From positions 1 through 42,932 of the forward strand of contig CASFDQ010000130.1 of the NCBI GenBank assembly GCA_949293385.1: 42,932 nt of DNA, given 5' to 3'. The notes below the pieces were generated by a model. The model was given only the letters and a program-made list of their open reading frames with translations, ran no database searches and had not been told where the DNA came from. The stretch comes from an uncultured bacterium (GTDB taxonomy: Bacteria > Bacillota > Clostridia > Oscillospirales > Acutalibacteraceae). How positions within the stretch are numbered: the stretch's first letter is position 1; each line of letters begins with the position of its first letter. The position numbers and the translations under genes are program-made. Shown in pieces: positions 17,775 to 25,857 of this stretch.

Positions 17775-18139
17775 TATTCGCCTTCGGCGAGTGATATAGG
17801 GCTTTGCCCTGTGATATTTTTCCTTCGGAAAAGTGATATATTTTGCCTTTGGCAAAATGTTAACGTGTCTCCGACGGATCATATACGGCTTCGCACGAAA
17901 TATATTATACATCTTCCGGTCGGAAAACGATGTTGCCTTACGGCAAATGATGTTATGCTTCGCATAAACGATGTTGCGACTATCGTCGCAAACGAAATTT
18001 TTCCGTAGCGGTGGAGGGATAGTGCTCCCTCGTGAGATATTGCAAATTAGAATAAATTTCTACGGAGAGCGTAGGGGAGGGGCTTGCTCCTCCCGTGAGA
18101 TATTGCAAATTAAAATAAATCTTTTCGGCTACGAAAAAA
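17771..18139. repeat. Mini-hairpin array D: GTGATAT x4, AAAYGATGTT x3, 63-nt tandem duplication
   Basis: GTGATAT at 17771, 17791, 17811 and 17833, each followed by a different 5-8 bp hairpin with a TTC/TTT loop. GATGTT at 17929, 17949 and 17970, each followed by a hairpin. CGTGAGATATTGCAAATTA occurs at 18031 and 18094. The segment 17921..18015 is 92/95 identical to 26070..26164. Confidence 0.85.
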
Positions 18140-18140
18140 C

Positions 18141-18176
18141 ACCCGCTAAGCGTAAAAACTTAGCGGGTTTAAATTT
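18141..18176 (-). terminator. Terminator of the PHP-phosphatase/MBL operon
   Basis: 10-bp stem acccgctaag / cttagcgggt, followed on the minus strand by GTTTTTTCG. Confidence 0.7.
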
Positions 18177-18950
18177 TTAAATAATTCTTATTTTCGGCTC
18201 GCCGATATAGTTAAGACCGTATTTTTTCACCATTTTAAGGGCCTTTTTAACCGACTTACCGTCGTAGGTATCGATGGGCTCGTGGGCATCCGAGCCGAAG
18301 GTCACGGGGGAGCCTACCTCGCCTGCAATTTCCCAGAAAAGGGGATTTGGATAATGCCTGTCGGTTCGTACGCCCAAAAGGTTAATTTCAAGCGGCACGT
18401 CCTTTTCCTTGGAGGCAACGCAAACACGTCTCATCTCGGCCTTGTAGACCTTACCGTCTCCCGAAAACTTTAAAACGTCGGGATGTGCAACGTAGGTGAA
18501 GACCCCCGTATTTATTCCCTCGACGATAAGATCGGCGTAGCTTTTTACGGCCTCGTCCGAGTCGGAACCCACCATACTCGCGTGGGTGTAGCCTTCGTTT
18601 TCGGGCCCCAAAAAGTGCTGTCCCAAAATAAGGTACTCTGCTCCGAGGGCTTTAACGTATTCCAGGGTTTTATCGAAAAGCGTGGGATAATATTCCATCT
18701 CGAAGCCGATTTTTATATCGAGCTTATCTCGATACTTTTCCCTTAAAGCCTTTATGCTCTCGATATATTCCTCCGCCTCCTTTGTGGGACAGCGGAAGCC
18801 CGATTCGCTCCCATCAGCAAATTTAAGAGGAACGTGGTCAGAAAAGCCGAGGGTTTTTATTCCGCCCTCAACAGCCCTCTTTACATAGTCCTCGTCTGCG
18901 CCGTTTGCGTGACGGCAACGGTAGGTATGTGTGTGATAATTATAGTTCAT
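18177..18950 (-). CDS. Histidinol-phosphatase HisJ-family PHP-domain phosphoesterase
   Basis: N-terminal YHTHTYRCRHA and GFSDHVP motifs, ~257 aa. Confidence 0.8.
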   Translation of the reverse strand: MNYNYHTHTYRCRHANGADEDYVKRAVEGGIKTLGFSDHVPLKFADGSESGFRCPTKEAEEYIESIKALREKYRDKLDIKIGFEMEYYPTLFDKTLEYVKALGAEYLILGQHFLGPENEGYTHASMVGSDSDEAVKSYADLIVEGINTGVFTYVAHPDVLKFSGDGKVYKAEMRRVCVASKEKDVPLEINLLGVRTDRHYPNPLFWEIAGEVGSPVTFGSDAHEPIDTYDGKSVKKALKMVKKYGLNYIGEPKIRII

Positions 18951-18959
18951 TTTTTCGCC

Positions 18960-19697
18960 TCAGAGGGTTATTATCATATCGTCGGTTGCTCTCGTTACGG
19001 GAATGTTTGGAAGGAGTCTCGTCATCTCGATAACCGACTCTAAAAATCTGTCGGAATAGTGGTTAAAGCAAAGCATTTTAAGGTTTTCGTTACCCTCGAA
19101 TAAGGGGAGATATTCGGTTGCCTTAAAGTGAGCGGCTTCACAGATCGCAAGGTCAAGCGGAGCTTCTAAAACCGAAAGGGGGAAATCCTCTTTCGGACCC
19201 TTATGGCAAAGGTCGCCGCTGAACAGTACGCGCTTGCCTTCGGCCTCTACGAGATAAGCATAAGAAGGAGTGACGGAAGTATGTAGGGTCTTGAAAGCAG
19301 TAAGCTTTATAATGCCGTCATCGTAAATCACACCTTCAGCAACTTCTAAAAACTCGAAGGGACGCATCTTGGTACCGGTGAGAGAGATCCAGTCGTTAAT
19401 GACCCCTCTTGCCTTTTCGGGGTCGCAGGGAAAATACACCTTGGGGTTTGCCTTCAGGAATTTCCAACTGCAAATATCTAAAAAAGAAATAACGCCGTTA
19501 GTGTGGTCTCCGTGCATATGGGTAAGGAAAATTGCCTTGACCGACTCAATAGGAATTCCGCGGTTGCGAAGCCCCTCCGAAGACATAGTTCCCATATCGA
19601 TAAAATAACGGTTTTCACCTACCTCAATAAGGGTGGATGAGCATCTTCTGTGGGGCTCGGGATATCCGTGACTTGAACCGAAAAAAGTTATTTTCAT
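18960..19697 (-). CDS. MBL-fold metallo-hydrolase (RNase Z/YhfI-like)
   Basis: HxHxDH motif (THMHGDH) and an N-terminal beta-lactamase-fold pattern (KITFFGSSHGYP...). Confidence 0.75.
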   Translation of the reverse strand: MKITFFGSSHGYPEPHRRCSSTLIEVGENRYFIDMGTMSSEGLRNRGIPIESVKAIFLTHMHGDHTNGVISFLDICSWKFLKANPKVYFPCDPEKARGVINDWISLTGTKMRPFEFLEVAEGVIYDDGIIKLTAFKTLHTSVTPSYAYLVEAEGKRVLFSGDLCHKGPKEDFPLSVLEAPLDLAICEAAHFKATEYLPLFEGNENLKMLCFNHYSDRFLESVIEMTRLLPNIPVTRATDDMIITL

Positions 19698-19761
19698 AAA
19701 TTAACCGCCTTTTTTAAAAGTCTGATTTAATTATATTCCTTTCAAAGAAAAAAGCAATAGC

Positions 19762-20574
19762 TCATCTACATTTTTTTCGATACTGCGTGGGGGTTTCGCC
19801 GCAGATCTGCTTGAATTTTCGGCTGAAATAGTTTATATCGTCAAAACCCACCGCACAGGCGATTTCCGAAACCGACATATTTTCTTTTTCGAGGTAGAGT
19901 CGAGCCTTATTTATACGCACCTCGCCGAGAAAGACCATAACACCCTTGCCTGTACGCTTTTTAAAAAGATGAGCGAGATAGGAGGGGGAAATAAAAAAAT
20001 GCTCAGCGATTTCCGCCACGGTCAGTGCGTCTGTAGCGTTGTCCTCAATATATTTTACAATATCGTTGAAGCTATCCGATCTTTTAAAGCTTTTCTTAAA
20101 TTCGCTCTCGTTTGTGGCGGTTTTAACGTAATTCTCTGCGAGAATTCCGAAGAAATCATATAAATATCCTGCGGCATTTATCCTGCTTTTAAAGTCGCCG
20201 CGCCGATGACAGGCGATCACCTTGTCAAGTAAAGCTCGGCATCGCTCGTCCCTTATAAGATTTTCAAAAACGATGTGCTCATCACCGATATGGTTACTGA
20301 AAAAGGCCTTGTTTATATGAAAACAGTAAAATTCTCCGTGTACGGGCATATTGTTTCCGCAATGAAGCTCGTTTGAGTTTACAAACAGTATGTCCCCGAC
20401 CTTTAAGGAAACACCTTCGAGGTTACAGGTGGGGAAGGCCTCCCCTTTAACGACATATTGCAGTTCTATCTCCTCATGCCAATGATTTCTTCCGCCCGAG
20501 CGGTGATTTATAAAATGCCTTATATTAAGGGGAAATAGCTCGGGCAGGTTCTCTTTTCTCGTTCTCAATATCAA
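19762..20574 (-). CDS. AraC family transcriptional regulator
   Basis: Cupin-like N-terminus and AraC HTH (GFDDINYFSRKFKQICGETPTQYR). The start is a TTG, either 20574 or 20568. Confidence 0.8.
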   Translation of the reverse strand: MILRTRKENLPELFPLNIRHFINHRSGGRNHWHEEIELQYVVKGEAFPTCNLEGVSLKVGDILFVNSNELHCGNNMPVHGEFYCFHINKAFFSNHIGDEHIVFENLIRDERCRALLDKVIACHRRGDFKSRINAAGYLYDFFGILAENYVKTATNESEFKKSFKRSDSFNDIVKYIEDNATDALTVAEIAEHFFISPSYLAHLFKKRTGKGVMVFLGEVRINKARLYLEKENMSVSEIACAVGFDDINYFSRKFKQICGETPTQYRKKCR

Positions 20575-20674
20575 AACTCCATTCTGCTAATAAAGAGCAG
20601 TTTTGTGCTATTATTTATCTGCTTTTATGATAAAATGAAAACCGATAAAAGTCAAGCAAAAAGGAGTTTTTGTT

Positions 20675-21967
20675 ATGGATAAGCAGATAACGGCCGTTTT
20701 AGTAGGAGCAGGTAACCGTGCTAACGTATACGCTTCGGTATCCTTTACCTTTCCCGAAAAGCTTAAGGTGGTAGGTATAGTCGACCCCAATCCCGAACGC
20801 AGGGAATATATGAAAAACCGTTTCGGCGTTCCGGAAGAGAACTGCTTCGATTACGTAGACGCTCTCTGTAAGCGCGAAAAATTCGCCGACGTGGTCATAA
20901 ACGGAACAATGGACTGGCTTCACGTCGACACCGCGATCCCCGTCCTCGAAAAGGGCTACGACCTTCTGCTCGAAAAGCCCTTTGCCGTAAACGAGGAGGA
21001 AATGAACCGTCTCCGCAAGGTGGCAAAGCGCAACGGCTCGAAGGTGGTAATATGCCACGTTCTGCGTTACACCAAGTTTTACCGTGCCATAAAGGAACAT
21101 ATTTTAAAGGGAGATATAGGCGATATCGTTTCGATAGAAATGAACGAGCACGTAAATTATCATCACATGTCGGTCTCCTACGTCAGAGGAAAGTGGCGTA
21201 GCGAGGAGGTATGCTTCGCTCCGATGCTGCTTGCAAAATCCTGCCACGATATCGACCTTATGATGTGGATGATGAATCATACCAAGCCGGTGGCGGTGTC
21301 CAGCTTCGGAAGCGATTTTCAGTACGGCCCCGACAGAAAGCCCGAGGGAGCAGGCAACCGCTGTATGGTGGACTGCCCTTATAATAACGAATGTATCTAT
21401 TCTGCAGAGAAGCACTATATTGATATTCTGCGCTGGAATCAGTACGTCTGGGAGGACGATCCCCAAAAGATAAATATGTCGGTAGAGGAGAAAAAGGAGC
21501 GGCTTAAAACCGATAACCCCTTCGGCGAGTGCCTCTGGAACTTTGATCGCGGAGGTAACGTCGATCATCAGACCCTAATCGTTAATTTTGAAAACGGCGC
21601 GACGGGCTCCTTCAGTATGATAGGAGGCTCGGCCAAATCAGAGCGCAATATTCACATTATCGGCACCAAGGGGGAGATAAAGGGCATTTTCGAAAGCTCG
21701 AAATACGTCCTTCGCAATATGACCCCGTCGGAAAGCTACGCCGGATTTTGCGAGCAGGAGTTCGATCTTAACGTTACCGGCGATATGATAGGCGCAAAGG
21801 GCGGTCACGGCGGCGGCGACGAGAATCTCGTCATTGACTTTATCGATTATATAAACGGTCACGAGCCCTCGGTCTCCTGTACTACTCTGGAGGATTCGGT
21901 AGTAAGTCACCACACCGTTTTCTGCGCCAACGAGTCTAGAAAAAGCGGTAAAACTGTATTGCTATAA
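20675..21967 (+). CDS. Gfo/Idh/MocA family oxidoreductase (long form, 430 aa)
   Basis: Rossmann N-terminus (VLVGAGNRANVY) and the EKP motif (LLLEKPFAVN). It is divergent from the AraC gene. Confidence 0.8.
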   Translation: MDKQITAVLVGAGNRANVYASVSFTFPEKLKVVGIVDPNPERREYMKNRFGVPEENCFDYVDALCKREKFADVVINGTMDWLHVDTAIPVLEKGYDLLLEKPFAVNEEEMNRLRKVAKRNGSKVVICHVLRYTKFYRAIKEHILKGDIGDIVSIEMNEHVNYHHMSVSYVRGKWRSEEVCFAPMLLAKSCHDIDLMMWMMNHTKPVAVSSFGSDFQYGPDRKPEGAGNRCMVDCPYNNECIYSAEKHYIDILRWNQYVWEDDPQKINMSVEEKKERLKTDNPFGECLWNFDRGGNVDHQTLIVNFENGATGSFSMIGGSAKSERNIHIIGTKGEIKGIFESSKYVLRNMTPSESYAGFCEQEFDLNVTGDMIGAKGGHGGGDENLVIDFIDYINGHEPSVSCTTLEDSVVSHHTVFCANESRKSGKTVLL

Positions 21968-22025
21968 AAAACGGCACTTGTAAGGCGGTTTTATTTTCAT
22001 CTTCGGCTTCGCCGAGGGAAATATT

Positions 22026-22134
22026 GAGGTTTAGGGAAGAGGGATGAGGGACGAGGGGATTTCACGTAAGAACGATATAAATTTGTTTTCCCTCCTCCCT
22101 TTTCCCTTATCCCTAACCATTAAAGCTAAACCTC
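22026..22134. repeat. Imperfect inverted repeat whose two arms are each a canonical G-quadruplex motif, one per strand
   Basis: Plus strand 22034..22058 reads GGGaagaGGGatgaGGGacgaGGGG. Minus strand over 22090..22113 reads GGGataaGGGaaaaGGGaggaGGG. Both arms consist of heptad repeats. An outer perfect 9-bp stem gaggtttag (22026..22034) / ctaaacctc (22126..22134) encloses them. Confidence 0.8.
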
Positions 22135-22150
22135 TGCGGCACGCAGAAGA

Positions 22151-22178
22151 AAACAACCGCCTTACGGCGGGTGTTTTT
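22151..22178. terminator. Bidirectional terminator between the convergent Gfo and SDR genes
   Basis: Stem ccgcc/ggcgg with loop ttac, flanked by AAAACAA and GTTTTT. Confidence 0.55.
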
Positions 22179-22830
22179 ATTCTTTCCAGATGAAATTATG
22201 ATTTATGGCTTCGCCGCCGTCTACAAGGATGCTCTGTCCCGTGCAAAAGCCGTTTATTGCGGTCAAAAAATATGCCCATTCGGCTATCTCCTCGGGGGTA
22301 GCCCACCTTCTGAGGGGAGTCTCCTGCATAATCTTATCCCAAAGCTCCCTATCCTCCATAACGCACTCGTTTAAGGGGGTAAGAACTCCGCCGGGGTCTA
22401 AGCTGTTGCAGGTAGCGCCGAAGGGCGCAACCCTTTTTGCGGTGTTTTTGGTGTAGGCCATAACTCCGCCCTTGCTTGCGCAGTAGAGGGGAAATTCCGC
22501 CCCCGTGTGACCGCTTGCCGAGCCGATGTTCAGTATCGAGCTTATACCCTGTCTGACGCCGTATTTTTCGGTGATACCGATAAGCGCCTTGAGGTTTATA
22601 TCTATGTCCTCTTCATTTTGCGTCCCTGCGTTGTTTATAAGGATATCTACGTCTTCGATTTCGGGAAGCCTTTCGGTCTCTCTTATATCAAGCACAAAAT
22701 GAGTATATCCGACGGAAGTTATCGAAGCCTCGTTTCGGTCGATGCCGAAAACCGTATGTCCCTCATTTAAAAATTTTTCGGCAATAGCCCTTCCTATTCC
22801 TCTCGAAGTACCCGTTATTAAAACTCTCAT
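22177..22830 (-). CDS. Short-chain dehydrogenase/reductase (short, 217 aa)
   Basis: TGTSRGIGRAIA (cofactor binding), NNAG and YCASK catalytic motifs. Its start overlaps the yhhQ-like stop by 4 nt. Confidence 0.8.
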   Translation of the reverse strand: MRVLITGTSRGIGRAIAEKFLNEGHTVFGIDRNEASITSVGYTHFVLDIRETERLPEIEDVDILINNAGTQNEEDIDINLKALIGITEKYGVRQGISSILNIGSASGHTGAEFPLYCASKGGVMAYTKNTAKRVAPFGATCNSLDPGGVLTPLNECVMEDRELWDKIMQETPLRRWATPEEIAEWAYFLTAINGFCTGQSILVDGGEAINHNFIWKE

Positions 22831-23561
22831 TTTCCGCCCTCCTTATTTATATGGTCGAAATATTCTTTTCCGATATTATCCCGTTTCCACTTTTTCGATA
22901 TTTTATATCCAATAGGGGAGAATAGGGCCTCCATAATAAGCTCGGCCACAGCTCCCGTCAGGGCGCAGGTAGCACACTGCAGTATCGTCCAGTAAAAGCC
23001 GTCCCAGAAGATAGGGGCGAAGAAATAGAAAACGATTACCGAGAATATAAAATTATCGAGATACTGCGCTACGAAGGTCGAAATATACGAACGCATCATA
23101 AAGGCCGCTTTTCCGTCGGGCTTTCTTTTGAACATTCGGCCGATAAGGTGATTTAAAAGGGCGTTTACTACCGCCGAAGCGAGAAAGGCAACCGTACTTC
23201 CCAGCAGTATAAACCAGGTGCCGCCGAAAATGGAGTCGTAGGCCGAATAGTCCTTGGCGTTTGACTGAATTATACTGACGATATAAAAAATAAGGCAGGT
23301 AAGCAGGTTTATAATAACCGCGTGAACAGAAATTAGGGTAGAGGCCTTGGGGCCGAAGTGCTTAGTTATAATATCCATACACATAAAGGAGAGCCAGGAT
23401 ATAAGAATACCGCCGTCGAGGGCTATCCAGTCGAGCTGCAAAAGGGTCTTGTTCGCTAAAAGATTCATACAGATAACGCTTACCACGAAAAGGGTAACGA
23501 CGGTAGCGGGGATAGACCTTAGAAGGATTTTATATTCATTTACCGTTTTCTTTAAAGACAT
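22827..23561 (-). CDS. yhhQ: VUT/YhhQ family queuosine-precursor transporter
   Basis: Polytopic membrane protein with a YhhQ-like segment (LANKTLLQLDWIALDGGILISWLSFMCMDIITKHFG). The start is probably MSLKK at 23561, downstream of the promoter listed below. Confidence 0.65.
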   Translation of the reverse strand: MSLKKTVNEYKILLRSIPATVVTLFVVSVICMNLLANKTLLQLDWIALDGGILISWLSFMCMDIITKHFGPKASTLISVHAVIINLLTCLIFYIVSIIQSNAKDYSAYDSIFGGTWFILLGSTVAFLASAVVNALLNHLIGRMFKRKPDGKAAFMMRSYISTFVAQYLDNFIFSVIVFYFFAPIFWDGFYWTILQCATCALTGAVAELIMEALFSPIGYKISKKWKRDNIGKEYFDHINKEGGK

Positions 23562-23595
23562 AAGCTTTTGATCCTTTAAAAAATAATACCTCTTG

Positions 23596-23624
23596 AGTAT
23601 AACATAAAAATTTAATATGTGCAA
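23596..23624 (-). promoter_or_regulatory. SigA-type promoter of the yhhQ-SDR operon
   Basis: On the minus strand: TTGCAC, 17 nt spacer, TATACT. Confidence 0.55.
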
Positions 23625-23632
23625 CCGCCATA

Positions 23633-23668
23633 AAAAAACAAGGTACGTCAATCGTACCTTGTTTTTAA
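23633..23668. terminator. Terminator after upp (bidirectional)
   Basis: 10-bp stem acaaggtacg / cgtaccttgt with a 5-nt loop, flanked by A7 and T5 runs. Confidence 0.75.
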
Positions 23669-23678
23669 AAATCAGCAA

Positions 23679-24320
23679 TTATTTCGTTCCGAAAAGACGG
23701 TCGCCTGCATCTCCGAGACCAGGCAGGATATATCCGTTTTCGTTAAGGCAGCGATCTAAGGTCGAAACGAAGATCTCTACGTCGGGATGAGCCTCTGCAA
23801 CGCGGGTAACGCCTTCGGGTGCGCCGATAACTGCCATAAACTTAATGTTTTTACAGCCGCGGGCCTTAAGACGGTCGATAGCGTCGCAGGCACTGCCTCC
23901 CGTGGCCAGCATAGGATCGATTATAAGAACGAGCTTGTCCTCGATCCCGTCCGGCATCTTGCAGTAATACTCATAAGGCTCAAGGGTCTCCTCGTTTCTG
24001 CAAAGACCGATATGTCCGACCCTTGCCGAGGGGAAGAGCACGTGAACTCCGTTTACCATACCGAGGCCTGCCCTGAGGATGGGAACGATAACTATGGAGT
24101 TATCCTTAACGACCTCCTGAGTGCAGGTTTCGAGGGGAGTTTTAACCTCTTTCTTAACGGTGGGGACTCCCTCCTTAAGACATTCGAAGGTCATAAGGGT
24201 GGTGATCTCCTCAATAAGCTCGCGGAACTCCTTCATGCTGGTCTTTTCGTCACGAAGGATAGCGACCTTGTGGTTTATAAGAGGATGATTAAAAATAGTA
24301 ACGTTATCGTACTGTTTCAT
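23679..24320 (-). CDS. upp: Uracil phosphoribosyltransferase
   Basis: Canonical Upp sequence (NHPLINHKVAILRD..., PRPP loop LIIDPMLATGGS, C-terminal GLGDAGDRLFGTK). The start is the ATG at 24320 with an AAGGAG RBS. Confidence 0.92.
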   Translation of the reverse strand: MKQYDNVTIFNHPLINHKVAILRDEKTSMKEFRELIEEITTLMTFECLKEGVPTVKKEVKTPLETCTQEVVKDNSIVIVPILRAGLGMVNGVHVLFPSARVGHIGLCRNEETLEPYEYYCKMPDGIEDKLVLIIDPMLATGGSACDAIDRLKARGCKNIKFMAVIGAPEGVTRVAEAHPDVEIFVSTLDRCLNENGYILPGLGDAGDRLFGTK

Positions 24321-24342
24321 GGGGTAATGCTCCTTGTAGGCT

Positions 24343-25725
24343 TTAGGCAGCCTTTTTCTTAAGGTGAAGAACAACGTTTACGATGATGCCGAGGATAAGT
24401 GCGCAAGCGATGTTTGTAATCTTAACTTCGCCGATCTGCATAGCAAGTCCGCCGATTCCGGGGATAAGAATAGCCGATACGGTGAAGAGGTTAGCGTTAT
24501 CCTCAAGGTCGACCTTCTGAACCATCTTAAGACCGGAAACTGCTATAAAGCCGTAAAGGGTAACGCAAACGCCGCCCATTACGCATCCGGGGATAGAATC
24601 AAGGAATGCGACGAAGGGGGAAACGAAGGCAATGAGGATAGCCATGATAGAGGTGGTGGTAATGGTTGCGACAGAGGCGTTACGGGTAATGGCAACGCAG
24701 CCTATCGACTCGCCGTAGGTGGTGTTGGGGCAACCACCGAAGAAGGCACCTGCTATAGAGCCTACGCCGTCACCGAGGAGGGTGCGATGAAGACCGGGAT
24801 CCTCGAGAAGATCCTTGTCGATGATGGACGAAAGATTCTTATGGTCGGCAATATGCTCTGCGAATACTACGAAAGCAACGGGAACGTAAGCAACTGCGAT
24901 AGTAGCGAGGTAGGAAAGATCGAAGGCTTTAAGTCCTTTGAATGCGTTTACAAACGTGAAGTCGGGTGTAGAAACAAAGGTGGAAAGACCTACTCCGTCG
25001 GCAACAAGAGCCTTGAAGGGAGCGAAATCGATAACCTTTAAAGCGTCGTTTCCGGTCCGGATGCCGATAAGGGTGAAGATAAGTGCTACCGCATAGCCTG
25101 CGAGGATACCGATAATAAAGGGTACGAGCTTTACCATCTTTTTGCCGTAGGTAGAGCAAATAACAACTACGAAAAGGGTAACCATAGCGCAAACGAAGGA
25201 GACCCAGGTGCTCGTTGTCATCATAAATGCCGAGGCGTCTCCGTTTTTGGCACCGTAGGAAAATACGTCGTTGATAGCGGCGCCTGCGAGAGAAAGACCG
25301 ATAAGGGCAACGGTGGGTCCGATAACTGCGGCAGGCATAAGCTTGTTTATCCAGCCAACGCCGACGAATTTTACGACGACAGCGATAACAACGTAAACGA
25401 GACCTGCGAATGCGGCACCGAGGATAAGACCGAGATATCCGAGGTATACGTTAGAAAGTGCGCCTGCAAAGGCTGCGGTCATAGAGCCGATGAATGCGAA
25501 GGACGAGCCAAGGAATACGGGGCTGCGGAATTTGGTGAAAAGCTGATAAACGAGAGTACCGACGCCTGCACCGAAAAGTGCGGCCGATGCGCTCATACCG
25601 TTACCTACGATTGCGGGCACGGCGATGGTTGCTGCCATAATTGCAAGCAGCTGCTGAATAGCGAAAATAATAAGCTGTCCGAATTTAGGCTTGTCGTGAA
25701 TGCCAAAAACAAGTTTGTTCTCCAT
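24343..25725 (-). CDS. pyrP: Uracil/xanthine permease (NCS2 family)
   Basis: About 12-14 TM with NCS2-type motifs, located upstream of upp. The start is the ATG at 25725 behind GGAGGG. Confidence 0.85.
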   Translation of the reverse strand: MENKLVFGIHDKPKFGQLIIFAIQQLLAIMAATIAVPAIVGNGMSASAALFGAGVGTLVYQLFTKFRSPVFLGSSFAFIGSMTAAFAGALSNVYLGYLGLILGAAFAGLVYVVIAVVVKFVGVGWINKLMPAAVIGPTVALIGLSLAGAAINDVFSYGAKNGDASAFMMTTSTWVSFVCAMVTLFVVVICSTYGKKMVKLVPFIIGILAGYAVALIFTLIGIRTGNDALKVIDFAPFKALVADGVGLSTFVSTPDFTFVNAFKGLKAFDLSYLATIAVAYVPVAFVVFAEHIADHKNLSSIIDKDLLEDPGLHRTLLGDGVGSIAGAFFGGCPNTTYGESIGCVAITRNASVATITTTSIMAILIAFVSPFVAFLDSIPGCVMGGVCVTLYGFIAVSGLKMVQKVDLEDNANLFTVSAILIPGIGGLAMQIGEVKITNIACALILGIIVNVVLHLKKKAA

Positions 25726-25777
25726 AAAGGACCCTCCATAAATTTGATTTTGGAACGTTTTACGCTCCGCGACTTTC

Positions 25778-25806
25778 ATTCTAACACACTTTGTATAATA
25801 TTTCAA
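25778..25806 (-). promoter_or_regulatory. SigA-type promoter of pyrP-upp
   Basis: On the minus strand: TTGAAA, 17 nt spacer, TAGAAT. Confidence 0.55.
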
Positions 25807-25857
25807 ACCTAATTTAACAAATTTTTTCAAAATCCGACAAAAAATCTGAAACGCCCG

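Noticed and set aside
17771-17858. The GTGATAT-spaced units could be a miniature CRISPR array
   Set aside because: The constant unit is only 7 nt, and the 'spacers' are 13-19 nt perfect hairpins. No cas genes or leader are present. The periodicity of 20-22 nt is far below that of any CRISPR type.
23562-23631. preQ1 riboswitch upstream of the yhhQ-like transporter
   Set aside because: The leader is only about 35 nt after the predicted -10. It has no P1 stem or the conserved preQ1-I/II loop sequences; only a plain A/T-rich leader with AAAGGA is present.
23679-24374. N-terminal extensions of ORF-track ORFs (upp 24374, pyrP 25830, yhhQ 23678, EamA 36335, FAD oxidoreductase 35368, yloV 29241, the metal transporter 32973, abfA 4561)
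   Set aside because: Internal ATGs with proper GGAG-type RBSs match the conserved protein N-termini. The extensions run through promoters, terminators or the preceding gene.
25726-25777. PyrR-binding attenuator upstream of pyrP-upp
   Set aside because: No ARUCCAGAGAGGYU-like loop or terminator/antiterminator pair lies between the promoter and the start codon.
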